A stretch of DNA of 39,997 nucleotides from a virus, in IMG/VR virus record IMGVR_UViG_3300045988_132245. One strand, written 5' to 3'. The translations under genes and the position numbers were made by a program. Positions 9,009 through 16,915 of this stretch are shown piece after piece. Below the pieces are notes generated by a model. That model ran no database searches and was not told where the DNA came from. It was given only the letters and a program-made list of their open reading frames with translations. Position 1 is the first letter of the stretch; every line of letters begins with the position of its first letter.

Positions 9009-9775
9009 TCATTCGATGTGGTAGTGGTCGTTGAGGCGTTTGCGGCGGGCCATGCGCGCCTCATAATCGGCGTGGGTTTCCGTGTTCGCCCGGCGGAACG
9101 GGTCGGTTCTCCGGTCGGCCCATGGCCGGTAGCCTTTGCGTTTGAGTCGGCCTTCGAGTTCCATCTGGTCCCAGAGCGCGATTTCCGCTCCGGTGGGCGT
9201 GTATGACCATCCGGCGAGCGCGGCGAAGCTGTTGGAGGTGTGGTCGCGCAGGATTTCGCGGGTGAGCGCCCATGCGCTCTCATAGTCGAGGTTGCCGGAT
9301 GGTTTGCGGCCGGCTGGCGCGTCGAGCCATGCGTTGAGGTGGCATGGCTTCCAGACGCGCCGGTAGCGGGTCAGCCAGTCGGCGGTCAGCGCCGAGTGAT
9401 GCTGTTGGTGGAGGATGAGGAGGTAAACGATTTTGGGTCGAGGCCCGATCCTTCGGCCCAGCCTTTGACGATGGCGCTGATCCAGCCGAGCGGGTTGCCG
9501 GCCTTCCGCAGCTTGTTCCACAGGGTCGGCTGCATTTCCTGCAGGTAGGCGAGGAACACGGCGGTGGCGTGGAACGTCTCCTCCTCGGAGAGGACGACCT
9601 TGCTTTTGACGATGAGCACGACGTTGACCAGTTCGATGGGCAGGTCGGCGGAGTTGAGGTTGGGGAGTGTGACTTCGGTGTCGAGTCCCTTGAGTCTGAG
9701 GCATACGTCGGGCTGCTGTTCGGCGTCGGTGTTGATGTCGGGTTCGATTTCGATGGGCTTGTTTTCTTCGCTCAT
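9009..9775 (-). CDS. Tail assembly chaperone, -1 frameshift product (GT-like, about 255 aa)
   Basis: The -1 frame is open from the slippery site to 9009 (KIVYLLILHQQHHSALTADW...NDHYHIE). This is the canonical G/GT arrangement upstream of the tape measure gene. Confidence 0.65.
9386..9775 (-). CDS. Tail assembly chaperone, short form (G-like, 129 aa)
   Basis: Lies between the major tail and tape measure genes. Contains the slippery heptamer CCCAAAA near its 3' end. Confidence 0.75.
   Translation of the reverse strand: MSEENKPIEIEPDINTDAEQQPDVCLRLKGLDTEVTLPNLNSADLPIELVNVVLIVKSKVVLSEEETFHATAVFLAYLQEMQPTLWNKLRKAGNPLGWISAIVKGWAEGSGLDPKSFTSSSSTNSITRR
9431..9437 (-). other. Programmed -1 ribosomal frameshift slippery heptamer C_CCA_AAA
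   Basis: Minus-strand CCCAAAA in the 0-frame phase C CCA AAA. It fits the X_XXY_YYZ rule and links ORF 9386-9775 to the -1 ORF ending at 9009. Confidence 0.65.
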
Positions 9776-9872
9776 GGCGGTCTCCTGAAAAAAGTGTGTG
9801 CGGCGGTCTGGTGGGTGGGGGTTCCCCGTCCGCAGGGACCGCCATCGGTGCGGGCGGGGAAGAATGTCAGGG

Positions 9873-10733
9873 TCAGGCGGTGACGGTGACGGGCACGGTC
9901 ACGTTCTTGCCTCCGGCGGTGGCGGTGATGGTGACGGGTTTGCCGGTTGCGGTGGCGGCCTTGCCGGTCACGGTGACGGTGTTGTCGTTGACGGTGGCGG
10001 TGGCCTTCGCGGTGTCGCCGCTTGTGGCGGTGATGGTCCAGCCCGTGGCGTTCGCCGGGGAGACGGTCACGTTGAACGTCTCGGTCTTGCCGGCGGCGAC
10101 GGTCAGCGTGTTCGGGGTGGCGGCCAGCGAGTCGACCTTGGTGGCCAGTCCGGCCTTCTCGGCCGCGAGCAGACCATAGACGTGGAACATGTAGCCGTCC
10201 GAGGCCTTGAACATCTTGAACGTGACGTTGAAGGTCACGACCTCCGTGGATACGAGGGTCATGTCGTCGCGGTCGGAGACCTTGCATTTGCCGATGGGCA
10301 GCACGATGGGGTTGCCGTACTGGTCGAGGCATGCGAGCACGGCCATGTATTCGATGTTCGTGGCCGCGTCCCTGACATGGAAGTTGCCGTCGGTGTCGGC
10401 CTTGACGCCGAAGTAGGCTTCGGCGATGTCCTGACGGCATTCGATGCCGGGTATCTGCAGGGTCCAGTAGCCGGGCTCCTGTTCGGAGACCACGATGTCG
10501 CCGTTGTGGCCCTTGATCTCGGTCTCGTCGCCCGGCTCGGGGTGCAGTACCGCGCCGTCCTCGCTGTTGTAGCCGACAGGCTTCTTGCCCTCCGGCGGCG
10601 TCCATTTCTCGGAGTCCGGCATCTCGGGGATGTTTGGATCGTCGAGCTTCCACAGGAAGAGCGCGTAGTCCTTGATGAGTTTGACCAGGTCGGCGCGGTT
10701 GCCGCTGGTGATGTACGAAGTGTCTGTGGCCAT
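9873..10733 (-). CDS. Major tail protein with a C-terminal Ig-like (Big_2-type) domain (286 aa)
   Basis: Position upstream of the chaperone pair. The C-terminus (LTVAAGKTETFNVTVSPANATGWTITATSGDTAKATATVNDNTVTVTGKAATATGKPVTITATAGGKNVTVPVTVTA) is typical of a Big_2 decoration domain. Confidence 0.8.
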   Translation of the reverse strand: MATDTSYITSGNRADLVKLIKDYALFLWKLDDPNIPEMPDSEKWTPPEGKKPVGYNSEDGAVLHPEPGDETEIKGHNGDIVVSEQEPGYWTLQIPGIECRQDIAEAYFGVKADTDGNFHVRDAATNIEYMAVLACLDQYGNPIVLPIGKCKVSDRDDMTLVSTEVVTFNVTFKMFKASDGYMFHVYGLLAAEKAGLATKVDSLAATPNTLTVAAGKTETFNVTVSPANATGWTITATSGDTAKATATVNDNTVTVTGKAATATGKPVTITATAGGKNVTVPVTVTA

Positions 10734-10754
10734 TTGCCATACGCCTTTCGATGA

Positions 10755-11159
10755 TTATGCTTGGTTGGTTTCGACGGTGAGCAGGAGCGTGAGGTACGCC
10801 ATGAGGCAGCCGTTCTCGTCGCTCATGCGGATCGGCCCCGACTCGTGGTCGATGGTGACGACCGGCCGTGGCGGATACAGGCCGGTCAGGTACAGTTCGA
10901 TGTCGGCGGCGAGGTTCTGCGCGGCGTCGATGTCGCCGGTCCCGTCGTCGCGGCGCACCCACACGGAGATGCGCAAACGCGCCTGCTGGCTGACGGGGGT
11001 GGCCTTCTGGCCCGGCACGGCGACCAGCACGCATTCCCTGGACGGATTGCCCCGGTTGCGGACGGTGCCGAACTCAACGCCATGGAACCGGTCGCGCAGA
11101 CGTTCGAGCAGCACGGGTTCCACGCGCCGGGGACGGACGGGTGGCCGGATGACGCTCAT
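10755..11159 (-). CDS. Neck/tail-terminator module protein (134 aa)
   Basis: ATGA-coupled to the upstream gene. Lies directly upstream of the major tail gene. The function is inferred from position only. Confidence 0.55.
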   Translation of the reverse strand: MSVIRPPVRPRRVEPVLLERLRDRFHGVEFGTVRNRGNPSRECVLVAVPGQKATPVSQQARLRISVWVRRDDGTGDIDAAQNLAADIELYLTGLYPPRPVVTIDHESGPIRMSDENGCLMAYLTLLLTVETNQA

Positions 11160-11401
11160 ACGACCACCATGCCCAGCATCTGGCTCAGCACTCCGTGGGC
11201 CTGTTCGAACGCGGCCGGAGCGGTGGCGACCACGTTCGAACGGTCGGTGTCCTCGTTGCGGTACACCTTGATCGCCGGATCCACCGCCGCCATGCCCTCC
11301 ACCTGCTCCTGCACGTCGTCCATGACCGGCTTGACGGCCTTGTGCAGCGCCTCCGTGCCGAAAGCCTTCCGGTTCAATACGACCCTGACTTTCTTGGCCA
11401 T
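11156..11401 (-). CDS. Head-tail connector module protein (81 aa)
   Basis: Clean ORF in the connector gene block. No motif recognised. Confidence 0.5.
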   Translation of the reverse strand: MAKKVRVVLNRKAFGTEALHKAVKPVMDDVQEQVEGMAAVDPAIKVYRNEDTDRSNVVATAPAAFEQAHGVLSQMLGMVVV

Positions 11402-11404
11402 GAT

Positions 11405-11725
11405 TCATCCTTCCCTGACGAACGCGTTGACCACGTCGCCGATATGACGCCCGTGCCTCCACCATTCGAGCGGCGGCCCGTCAACCATCAACGGCTTGCC
11501 GCGCACCACGAGGCAATCCGTATCAAGGATGCCCGTGGGCTCGGGACCACGGAAGTACAGGGTGTAGCGGCGGGCCACGCCCTGCGAGTCCGCGCCCGGG
11601 GACTGCGAAGTCTCCACCGGCTCCGCGAAACCCATCAGCGAGGCCACATGCCGCATCTCTCCCTGCACCGGGTTCCCATCCGCATCCACCTCGGCCGCGC
11701 CCCGGTACACGTCAACACGCTCCAT
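11405..11725 (-). CDS. Head closure / head-tail joining protein (106 aa)
   Basis: Position and size match connector-block proteins. Overlaps the upstream gene by 14 nt. Confidence 0.55.
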   Translation of the reverse strand: MERVDVYRGAAEVDADGNPVQGEMRHVASLMGFAEPVETSQSPGADSQGVARRYTLYFRGPEPTGILDTDCLVVRGKPLMVDGPPLEWWRHGRHIGDVVNAFVREG

Positions 11726-12131
11726 GATGCGATCCTTCCGCCATGTCTATCGACCACATGCGTTGGCCGGACAATCCGAGGTTGCGCAGCATGTCGTCCG
11801 TGAACCGCAGATACCCGTCGGGGCTCAGCCACGAGTAGGTGCTGGAGAACGGGCCGGTCGTCTCCGTGGATTGGGTGACGCCGGTCTGTCCACCGGACAC
11901 CTGCGCCTCCATGGCCGTGCGCACCATCTGGCAGCACACGAGCTCGAGCCCGCGCTCATGCGCGAGCCACCACGCCGGGTCATGTGTCTCGGGGTAGGGG
12001 CGGACGCGGTTGCGGATGATCTCGCTCGCGTCCGCGAGCAGGATGTCCGCCTGCGCCCGCTCCTCCGGAAGCAGCTTGTGCCACCGGTCTTCCAGGTTGG
12101 AATGCGTGGCGAACGAAACGGACGGGTCCAT
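11712..12131 (-). CDS. Head-to-tail adaptor (gp6-like) protein (139 aa)
   Basis: ATG at 12131 preceded by AAAGGAGGA. It is the first gene of the connector block after the capsid genes. The track ORF begins upstream in the same frame. Confidence 0.6.
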   Translation of the reverse strand: MDPSVSFATHSNLEDRWHKLLPEERAQADILLADASEIIRNRVRPYPETHDPAWWLAHERGLELVCCQMVRTAMEAQVSGGQTGVTQSTETTGPFSSTYSWLSPDGYLRFTDDMLRNLGLSGQRMWSIDMAEGSHHGAC

Positions 12132-12189
12132 ATGGTCCTCCTTTATCCGATTCTGGTGAGCACGGGCGTGATGTCCCCGTCGACGGTGG

Positions 12190-12513
12190 TCACGCTTTTG
12201 GGTGCATGAGACCCGCCGTGACGAGAGCGTCGCGCAAGGCCACGTATTCGGCCTTCGTCGGCGTATCGCCGGCCGGGTCGGCCACATACGCGGCCTTCGG
12301 GACGGTCGGGATCACGCCCGCGGCGAGTTTGTCCGCGGTGATGTCTCCCGCCAGCATCGCGTTCGTCACACTGCCGTCCGCAGGCGTTGATGAGCCGCCA
12401 GCGAACGGGGTGCCATCCGGGTTCCACAGGCGCGCCGGCACGTCCATGGCGGCCGGCTTGTGCTTCTTCCTGTTCGTCTTCTGGACGATGAAGTCCTGGG
12501 TGAACGCGCCCAT
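12190..12513 (-). CDS. Head-associated small protein (107 aa; possible decoration/fibre)
   Basis: Its start overlaps the capsid gene stop (TGATG). Sequence MGAFTQDFIVQ...NAMLAGDITADKLAAGVIP. The function is inferred from position only. Confidence 0.55.
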   Translation of the reverse strand: MGAFTQDFIVQKTNRKKHKPAAMDVPARLWNPDGTPFAGGSSTPADGSVTNAMLAGDITADKLAAGVIPTVPKAAYVADPAGDTPTKAEYVALRDALVTAGLMHPKA

Positions 12514-13409
12514 CAGGCACCTTCTTCCGTGGAGGTCTTGAGCACGGCGAACGCCTTGGGGTCGACGACCGCGTAGGAGAACATGGCCTCGGTGCGGTAG
12601 GCGATCTGGTTGTGGGCCTTGAGGTCCACGCCGGTCTGGTCGGGGTCGCCGTAGGGGATGATCTCGGACGTGATGTCGCGCACCATGCCCCATTTGATGA
12701 GGCTGAAATCGCCCATGATGGCGAGCACGTGGGTGGGCGTCTTGGCCTTGGCCCCGTTGACGGTGGCGCTGGTGGCGGCCTTGATGCCGTCGAGGGTGCC
12801 GACCTGCAGGTTGAGCGGGATCTCCGGGTAGTAGCGCATGCCGGTGGCGGGTACGCGGATCTTGCGCAGACGGGAGGCCCACGTGCGGCTGATGGCGATG
12901 CCGTTGATGTCGTAGGTCTCGTTGAGCTGGTCGGCCAGGTTGTCGACGTTGGTGATGTCGTCGTCTCCGGCGGTGACCTGCATGGCGCGGGCCGTGAGCG
13001 CGTCGAATCCGGTGAGCGACCCGCCGGTCTTGGGGTTGACGGCGTGGTAGACGACGTAGTCGAGGGCGCGGCCGATGGCCTCGGCCTGGTCGGCCTGGAT
13101 GGACTGGATGATCTGGAAGCGGTTGTCCTCGTCGGCCCATTTGAGCTCGCTGGTGACGCGGGTGGTGGTCTGCACCTTGAACGTCTTGCCGCTCACGTAG
13201 TTCAGGTCCTGTTCGTAGGAGCTCTTGGTCTGGCCTTCGGCGGTCACGTCGGCCTCGGCGGCGCCGTTGAAGATCATGTATTCCTTGTCGGTGAAGATCT
13301 GCGGGCTGCTCGGGGACAGCGCGGCGATGGTCGATGTCTCCTTGACCTTGTTGACGACGGCCGTGGCGACGGTCTTGGGCAGGTGGAGTTTGCTGGTGTC
13401 CATTGCCAT
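12513..13409 (-). CDS. Major capsid protein (298 aa, HK97-fold type)
   Basis: Follows the scaffold gene. Size and composition are typical of a major capsid protein. Confidence 0.85.
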   Translation of the reverse strand: MAMDTSKLHLPKTVATAVVNKVKETSTIAALSPSSPQIFTDKEYMIFNGAAEADVTAEGQTKSSYEQDLNYVSGKTFKVQTTTRVTSELKWADEDNRFQIIQSIQADQAEAIGRALDYVVYHAVNPKTGGSLTGFDALTARAMQVTAGDDDITNVDNLADQLNETYDINGIAISRTWASRLRKIRVPATGMRYYPEIPLNLQVGTLDGIKAATSATVNGAKAKTPTHVLAIMGDFSLIKWGMVRDITSEIIPYGDPDQTGVDLKAHNQIAYRTEAMFSYAVVDPKAFAVLKTSTEEGA

Positions 13410-13440
13410 GATGTTGTTCCTTTCTGGGGGATGATTGCGT

Positions 13441-13971
13441 TTAGAGGTTGGAGAACAGGTCGTCGGCCCATGCGCGTTCGTCGGCGCCGGCGGCCTTGCC
13501 GTCGGGGGTCTTGCCCTGGTTGGGCATGCCCTTGGGCTTGGGGTGCGCGTACTGGTCGATGGCCTTCGCGTTCGCGCTCATGGCCTCCAGCGAATCGCCG
13601 TGCAGCAGCGAGGCGGGCACGCCGGTCTCCTTGGAGACCTGCGCCCTCCACTCGTTCTGCTGTCGTTCCGCCTCGTAGGCGGCGTTCTGCGCTTCGAGCT
13701 CCTTGATGCGTTTGGCGGTCTTCTCGGCTTCGGACAGCTGCGAGTCCTTGAACTGTTGCAGTTCCTCGGCGGCCTTGCTGTTGTCCTTGGCGCGCTGCTC
13801 CCATTTGCGCGAGTGGGCGCGCTGCTCCTCGAACTTCGCCTTCCAGTCGATGTCCTCGCCGGTGTCGGCCGGGTCTCCCGTTGCGGGGTCGCCGGAGCCG
13901 CCTTCGCCTGCGCCGGAATCGATGAGACGAAGGTTGTTGCGGAATCGGCGCCAGTACGACATGTCGTGCAT
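13441..13971 (-). CDS. Capsid scaffolding protein (176 aa)
   Basis: Charged, coiled-coil-like sequence (KAKFEEQRAHSRKWEQRAKDNSKAAEELQQFKDSQLSEAEKTAKRIKELEAQNAAYEAERQQNEW) immediately upstream of the capsid gene. Confidence 0.75.
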   Translation of the reverse strand: MHDMSYWRRFRNNLRLIDSGAGEGGSGDPATGDPADTGEDIDWKAKFEEQRAHSRKWEQRAKDNSKAAEELQQFKDSQLSEAEKTAKRIKELEAQNAAYEAERQQNEWRAQVSKETGVPASLLHGDSLEAMSANAKAIDQYAHPKPKGMPNQGKTPDGKAAGADERAWADDLFSNL

Positions 13972-14040
13972 GATGGTTCTCCTTTATGGTTGATGGGGCC
14001 CGTTCCGGGCATAAAAACCACCCGTGCGGGCGGCGTGGAG

Positions 14041-14122
14041 TGGCGGGTGCAGGATTCGAACCTGCGTGGCGTGATGCAGCCGATTTACAGTCGGCCCCGA
14101 TCGGCCTCTCCGGCAACCCGCC
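14041..14122 (-). tRNA. Phage-encoded tRNA-Tyr (anticodon GTA), class II with a long variable arm
   Basis: Hand-folded cloverleaf. Acceptor GGCGGGT/ACCCGCC is 7 bp perfect. Anticodon arm is GCCGA-CTGTAAA-TCGGC. T arm is GCAGG-TTCGAAT-CCTGC. Discriminator is A. CCA is not encoded. The D stem has one mismatch. Confidence 0.85.
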
Positions 14123-14205
14123 GTATGGTAGAATCGAGGTAACGGGGATCCCACGTAACCGGCTCTTGAGACCGGCACATAATCCGGGGGGTTATCCCCG
14201 TTCTT

Positions 14206-15492
14206 CTATTTCAATACGATTTGGTGGAATCCTTCCGAGTCGAACACCCACAGCTCTTTGATGTGGGATTCATGACGGGCGTTGTACAGCGACAGTTGGT
14301 TGACGAACTTGTCGGGCAGTTTCGTGCTTCCGAAGTCCAGTACGAACACGTCCTTGACAACGCCCTGTTCGACGCCGCCGACGACGGCGTCGTTGATGCG
14401 TTGGGCCACGTTCCTGTACTTCAGGCTTGCCGGTGATTTCAGTTCCGCGTCGCATTCGTGGCTCAGCCAATGGAAGTCGTTGCTGGGCTTGCCATCATGG
14501 CTTTTCGGTATCCACTCGTATTCCTCGCCCAAGCGCCTGAACTTCTCAAGGAACACGATCTCGTGCCGTTCGAGGATTTCCCTGCTCGGGTCGACGCCGA
14601 CGGCGAGCTGGCGCCGGTACCAGGATTCCGCAGTGCCTTTTGGCTCTCCCTTCATTGACAGGAGCCTGACGGACTGCTCCCACGGCATGGTCGGCGTCGG
14701 GTAGACGCCGTCCGTGAACGCCATGGGATTGTCCCGGCGCATGCGCTTGAGCTTCTCCCGGTAGTCGCCACCTCCCTTGCTGGCTTCCTGCCACATGGCG
14801 GTGAGCCGTTCGGGGTTGTATCCGGCGAGTGTCTGGCGGCCCCAGCTGGGGACGATCTGGCAGTCGCAGTCCCGGTGGTATTGCATCTCCAGACCTGCCG
14901 AGTCCTCGCTCAGGTAGGCGAAGCCCCGTGAGGCGAGCATGGTGCAGAACGCGCATGTCCTTGCTCCGCGCGGCACTCTTGCCCATCGTGGTTTCGACGG
15001 GTCGATGCGCATGTTGCGTTGGGTGGTCAGGCGTGCGGCGGCGTTGACCATGTCGGCGACGAACTGCATCGCGTCATCCGGGTTGCCCAGATCGGGCCAC
15101 AGGTCGTCGATCGTGGCTCCCGCGCGCGACTGCCCGTTCTTGACCTGCGTGTAGGTCAGGCCGTTGTAGTCGGTGTTGTTGAAGCCGCCCTGCACCTGCC
15201 AGAGGGCGCGGTCGGGGTCGATGAGCTGTGTGTGGTCGAAGTCGTCGAGCCGGACGCCCGCGTATTCGCTCCACAGGCCGCGCACGGTGTCGTAGTATTC
15301 GTTCGCCAGCTGGGAGGCGTCTCGGGAGAAGTCGCGGATCGCGTCCTTGACGTTCAAAGGGTCGCGTTCGACCATGTTCTCGATGACGTCGGCCGCGCCC
15401 TCCCTGAGGTTGTCAAGGTCGGTCTGGTAGTCCCTGTACGCCCTGTCCAACAGCCGTTGCAGTTCCGGCGGGGCCTTCGGATTCGCTGCCAT
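14206..15492 (-). CDS. MuF-like minor capsid (head morphogenesis) protein with an extra C-terminal domain (428 aa)
   Basis: ATG at 15492 with GGAGG 6 nt upstream. MuF/SPP1-gp7-type Cys/His cluster CAFCTMLASRGFAY...YHRDCDCQIVP. Follows the portal gene. The C-terminal ~130 aa carries a D..ExK motif (SNDFHWLSHECDAELK). Confidence 0.8.
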   Translation of the reverse strand: MAANPKAPPELQRLLDRAYRDYQTDLDNLREGAADVIENMVERDPLNVKDAIRDFSRDASQLANEYYDTVRGLWSEYAGVRLDDFDHTQLIDPDRALWQVQGGFNNTDYNGLTYTQVKNGQSRAGATIDDLWPDLGNPDDAMQFVADMVNAAARLTTQRNMRIDPSKPRWARVPRGARTCAFCTMLASRGFAYLSEDSAGLEMQYHRDCDCQIVPSWGRQTLAGYNPERLTAMWQEASKGGGDYREKLKRMRRDNPMAFTDGVYPTPTMPWEQSVRLLSMKGEPKGTAESWYRRQLAVGVDPSREILERHEIVFLEKFRRLGEEYEWIPKSHDGKPSNDFHWLSHECDAELKSPASLKYRNVAQRINDAVVGGVEQGVVKDVFVLDFGSTKLPDKFVNQLSLYNARHESHIKELWVFDSEGFHQIVLK

Positions 15493-16915
15493 CAGCCGCC
15501 TCCGTGTCCTGCGGGTTCATCCGCTGCTGTCTGAGCTGGTCGATGTTCCGTTGCGCCTTCATCCGCTGCTGGTAGGCGCGGAACGACTGGAGCTCGCCGG
15601 CCGTGAGACCTAGCTTGGCCAGTCCCACGTCGGAATCCGCCCAGTCGCCGTTCACGCCGGCGACCTTCGTGTAGTAGTCGGCGCGCGCCGCGTCGCTCAC
15701 CTCGCGGGTCGGCGCCCACAGGGGGCGGATGCCGGTCAGGTCTGGCGGCTGCGGGCTGTTGTCGCGCAATTGCACGGCCATGCCCATGGCGTTGAGCAGC
15801 TGGCGGGAGAACATGCGGTTCTGCCGGTTCGCGGTGCGCGTCAGCTGGTTCTCGGCCGCGGCGAGCGCTTCGGCGCTGGTGGGGTTGGCCAGTCGTATGC
15901 CGAGTTGTTCGGGTGGGATGTCGGTTTCGGCCGAGGCGAGCATGGCGATGGTTTCGAGCATGTCGCCGTGGGGTTGCATCGATGCCTGGGAGACCTGCTT
16001 GAGTTCGGGGATGTCGCCGTTGATGTCGCGGCTGACCGCGTTGATGCTGCTGACGAGCGCGCTCCACGTGTCCTGTTGGAAGGATTCGCGGCTCAGGCCG
16101 AGGAACCATATTTTGGGCACCGAGTAGAATTCGGCGGACGCTTCCATGCGGACCATGGTGCGCATGGCCATGTCGGTCAGGTTCATCAGGGCCCGGTTGA
16201 TGCGTGAGCGGCCGAAGGGGCGGTCCATCTGCTTGTCGTAGACGATGGGCACCACGGCCACGCGGTCGAGCCGGTTGTATTGGGGTTCCGCAGTCCACCC
16301 GTATCCGGTTTTCATGCAGGCGTAGTTGCGGCCGGGCAGCCATGCGTTGAACGCGGTGATGTTGCCCCATTTGTCGCTGTCGGTGATGGTCAGCGCGGCC
16401 TTGATGCGTCGCCGTCCGTTGTCCCACAGGGCCGCCGACCAGTCGGCCGAGCGCGGGGTGATGAGGATCCGGTCGTTGTCGTCCGGGTCGTAGTCGATGG
16501 TCAGGAAGCTGCAGGAGTGCTTGTAGCAGCTGATGACGGCCTCGCTCATGTCGGTTTCGAGCTCGTTCATGCGCATGATCTCGTCGATGCCGTGGTTGTC
16601 GGCCCCCGTGGCGGTCTCGAATCCCTCGAACACGCTCTTGTCGGCGAGCGCGCGCACGCTTTTCTGTGGCCAGCCGACCACGACGCCGGCTTTCTGGGCG
16701 ACGATGTTCGGGATGCTGATGCCCAGGTTGTTGAACCGTTGTTTGGCGTCGTAGAACGCGGAGCGCAGCAGGTTGCGGGGGTATTTGGCGCGCCAGAGCT
16801 CCAGTAGGCGGATGATGTCCGTCATGTCGTCGTCGGGCACGTTGGCGATGTGCGTCACGGACGAGGAGCCGGTGGACAGGTAGGGGTTGCCGAAGCTGAT
16901 GGATTGTTCGCTCAT
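15413..16915 (-). CDS. Portal protein (500 aa)
   Basis: ATG at 16915 overlaps the terL stop (ATGA). Sequence MSEQSISFGNPYLSTGSS.... Size and position are canonical. The track shows it as the tail of a longer composite ORF. Confidence 0.85.
   Translation of the reverse strand: MSEQSISFGNPYLSTGSSSVTHIANVPDDDMTDIIRLLELWRAKYPRNLLRSAFYDAKQRFNNLGISIPNIVAQKAGVVVGWPQKSVRALADKSVFEGFETATGADNHGIDEIMRMNELETDMSEAVISCYKHSCSFLTIDYDPDDNDRILITPRSADWSAALWDNGRRRIKAALTITDSDKWGNITAFNAWLPGRNYACMKTGYGWTAEPQYNRLDRVAVVPIVYDKQMDRPFGRSRINRALMNLTDMAMRTMVRMEASAEFYSVPKIWFLGLSRESFQQDTWSALVSSINAVSRDINGDIPELKQVSQASMQPHGDMLETIAMLASAETDIPPEQLGIRLANPTSAEALAAAENQLTRTANRQNRMFSRQLLNAMGMAVQLRDNSPQPPDLTGIRPLWAPTREVSDAARADYYTKVAGVNGDWADSDVGLAKLGLTAGELQSFRAYQQRMKAQRNIDQLRQQRMNPQDTEAADGSESEGPAGTATAVGQGVQGLPDRP

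Noticed and set aside
6166-9012. A 948-aa minus-strand ORF, and similar long Arg/His/Pro-rich ORFs (for example 9772-11034, 12190-13140, 13274-14116, 15492-16427).
   Set aside because: These are alternative frames of real structural genes in GC-rich DNA. Their extreme Arg/Pro/His composition and complete overlap with well-supported genes mark them as non-coding shadows.
14123-14205. A possible second tRNA, suggested by a stem-loop with the anticodon-like loop CTCAAGA (CAA, Leu).
   Set aside because: There is no T arm (no GTTCRANYC), no proper D arm, and the enclosing helix gives only about 49 nt. It is not a canonical tRNA and is kept only as a structured spacer.
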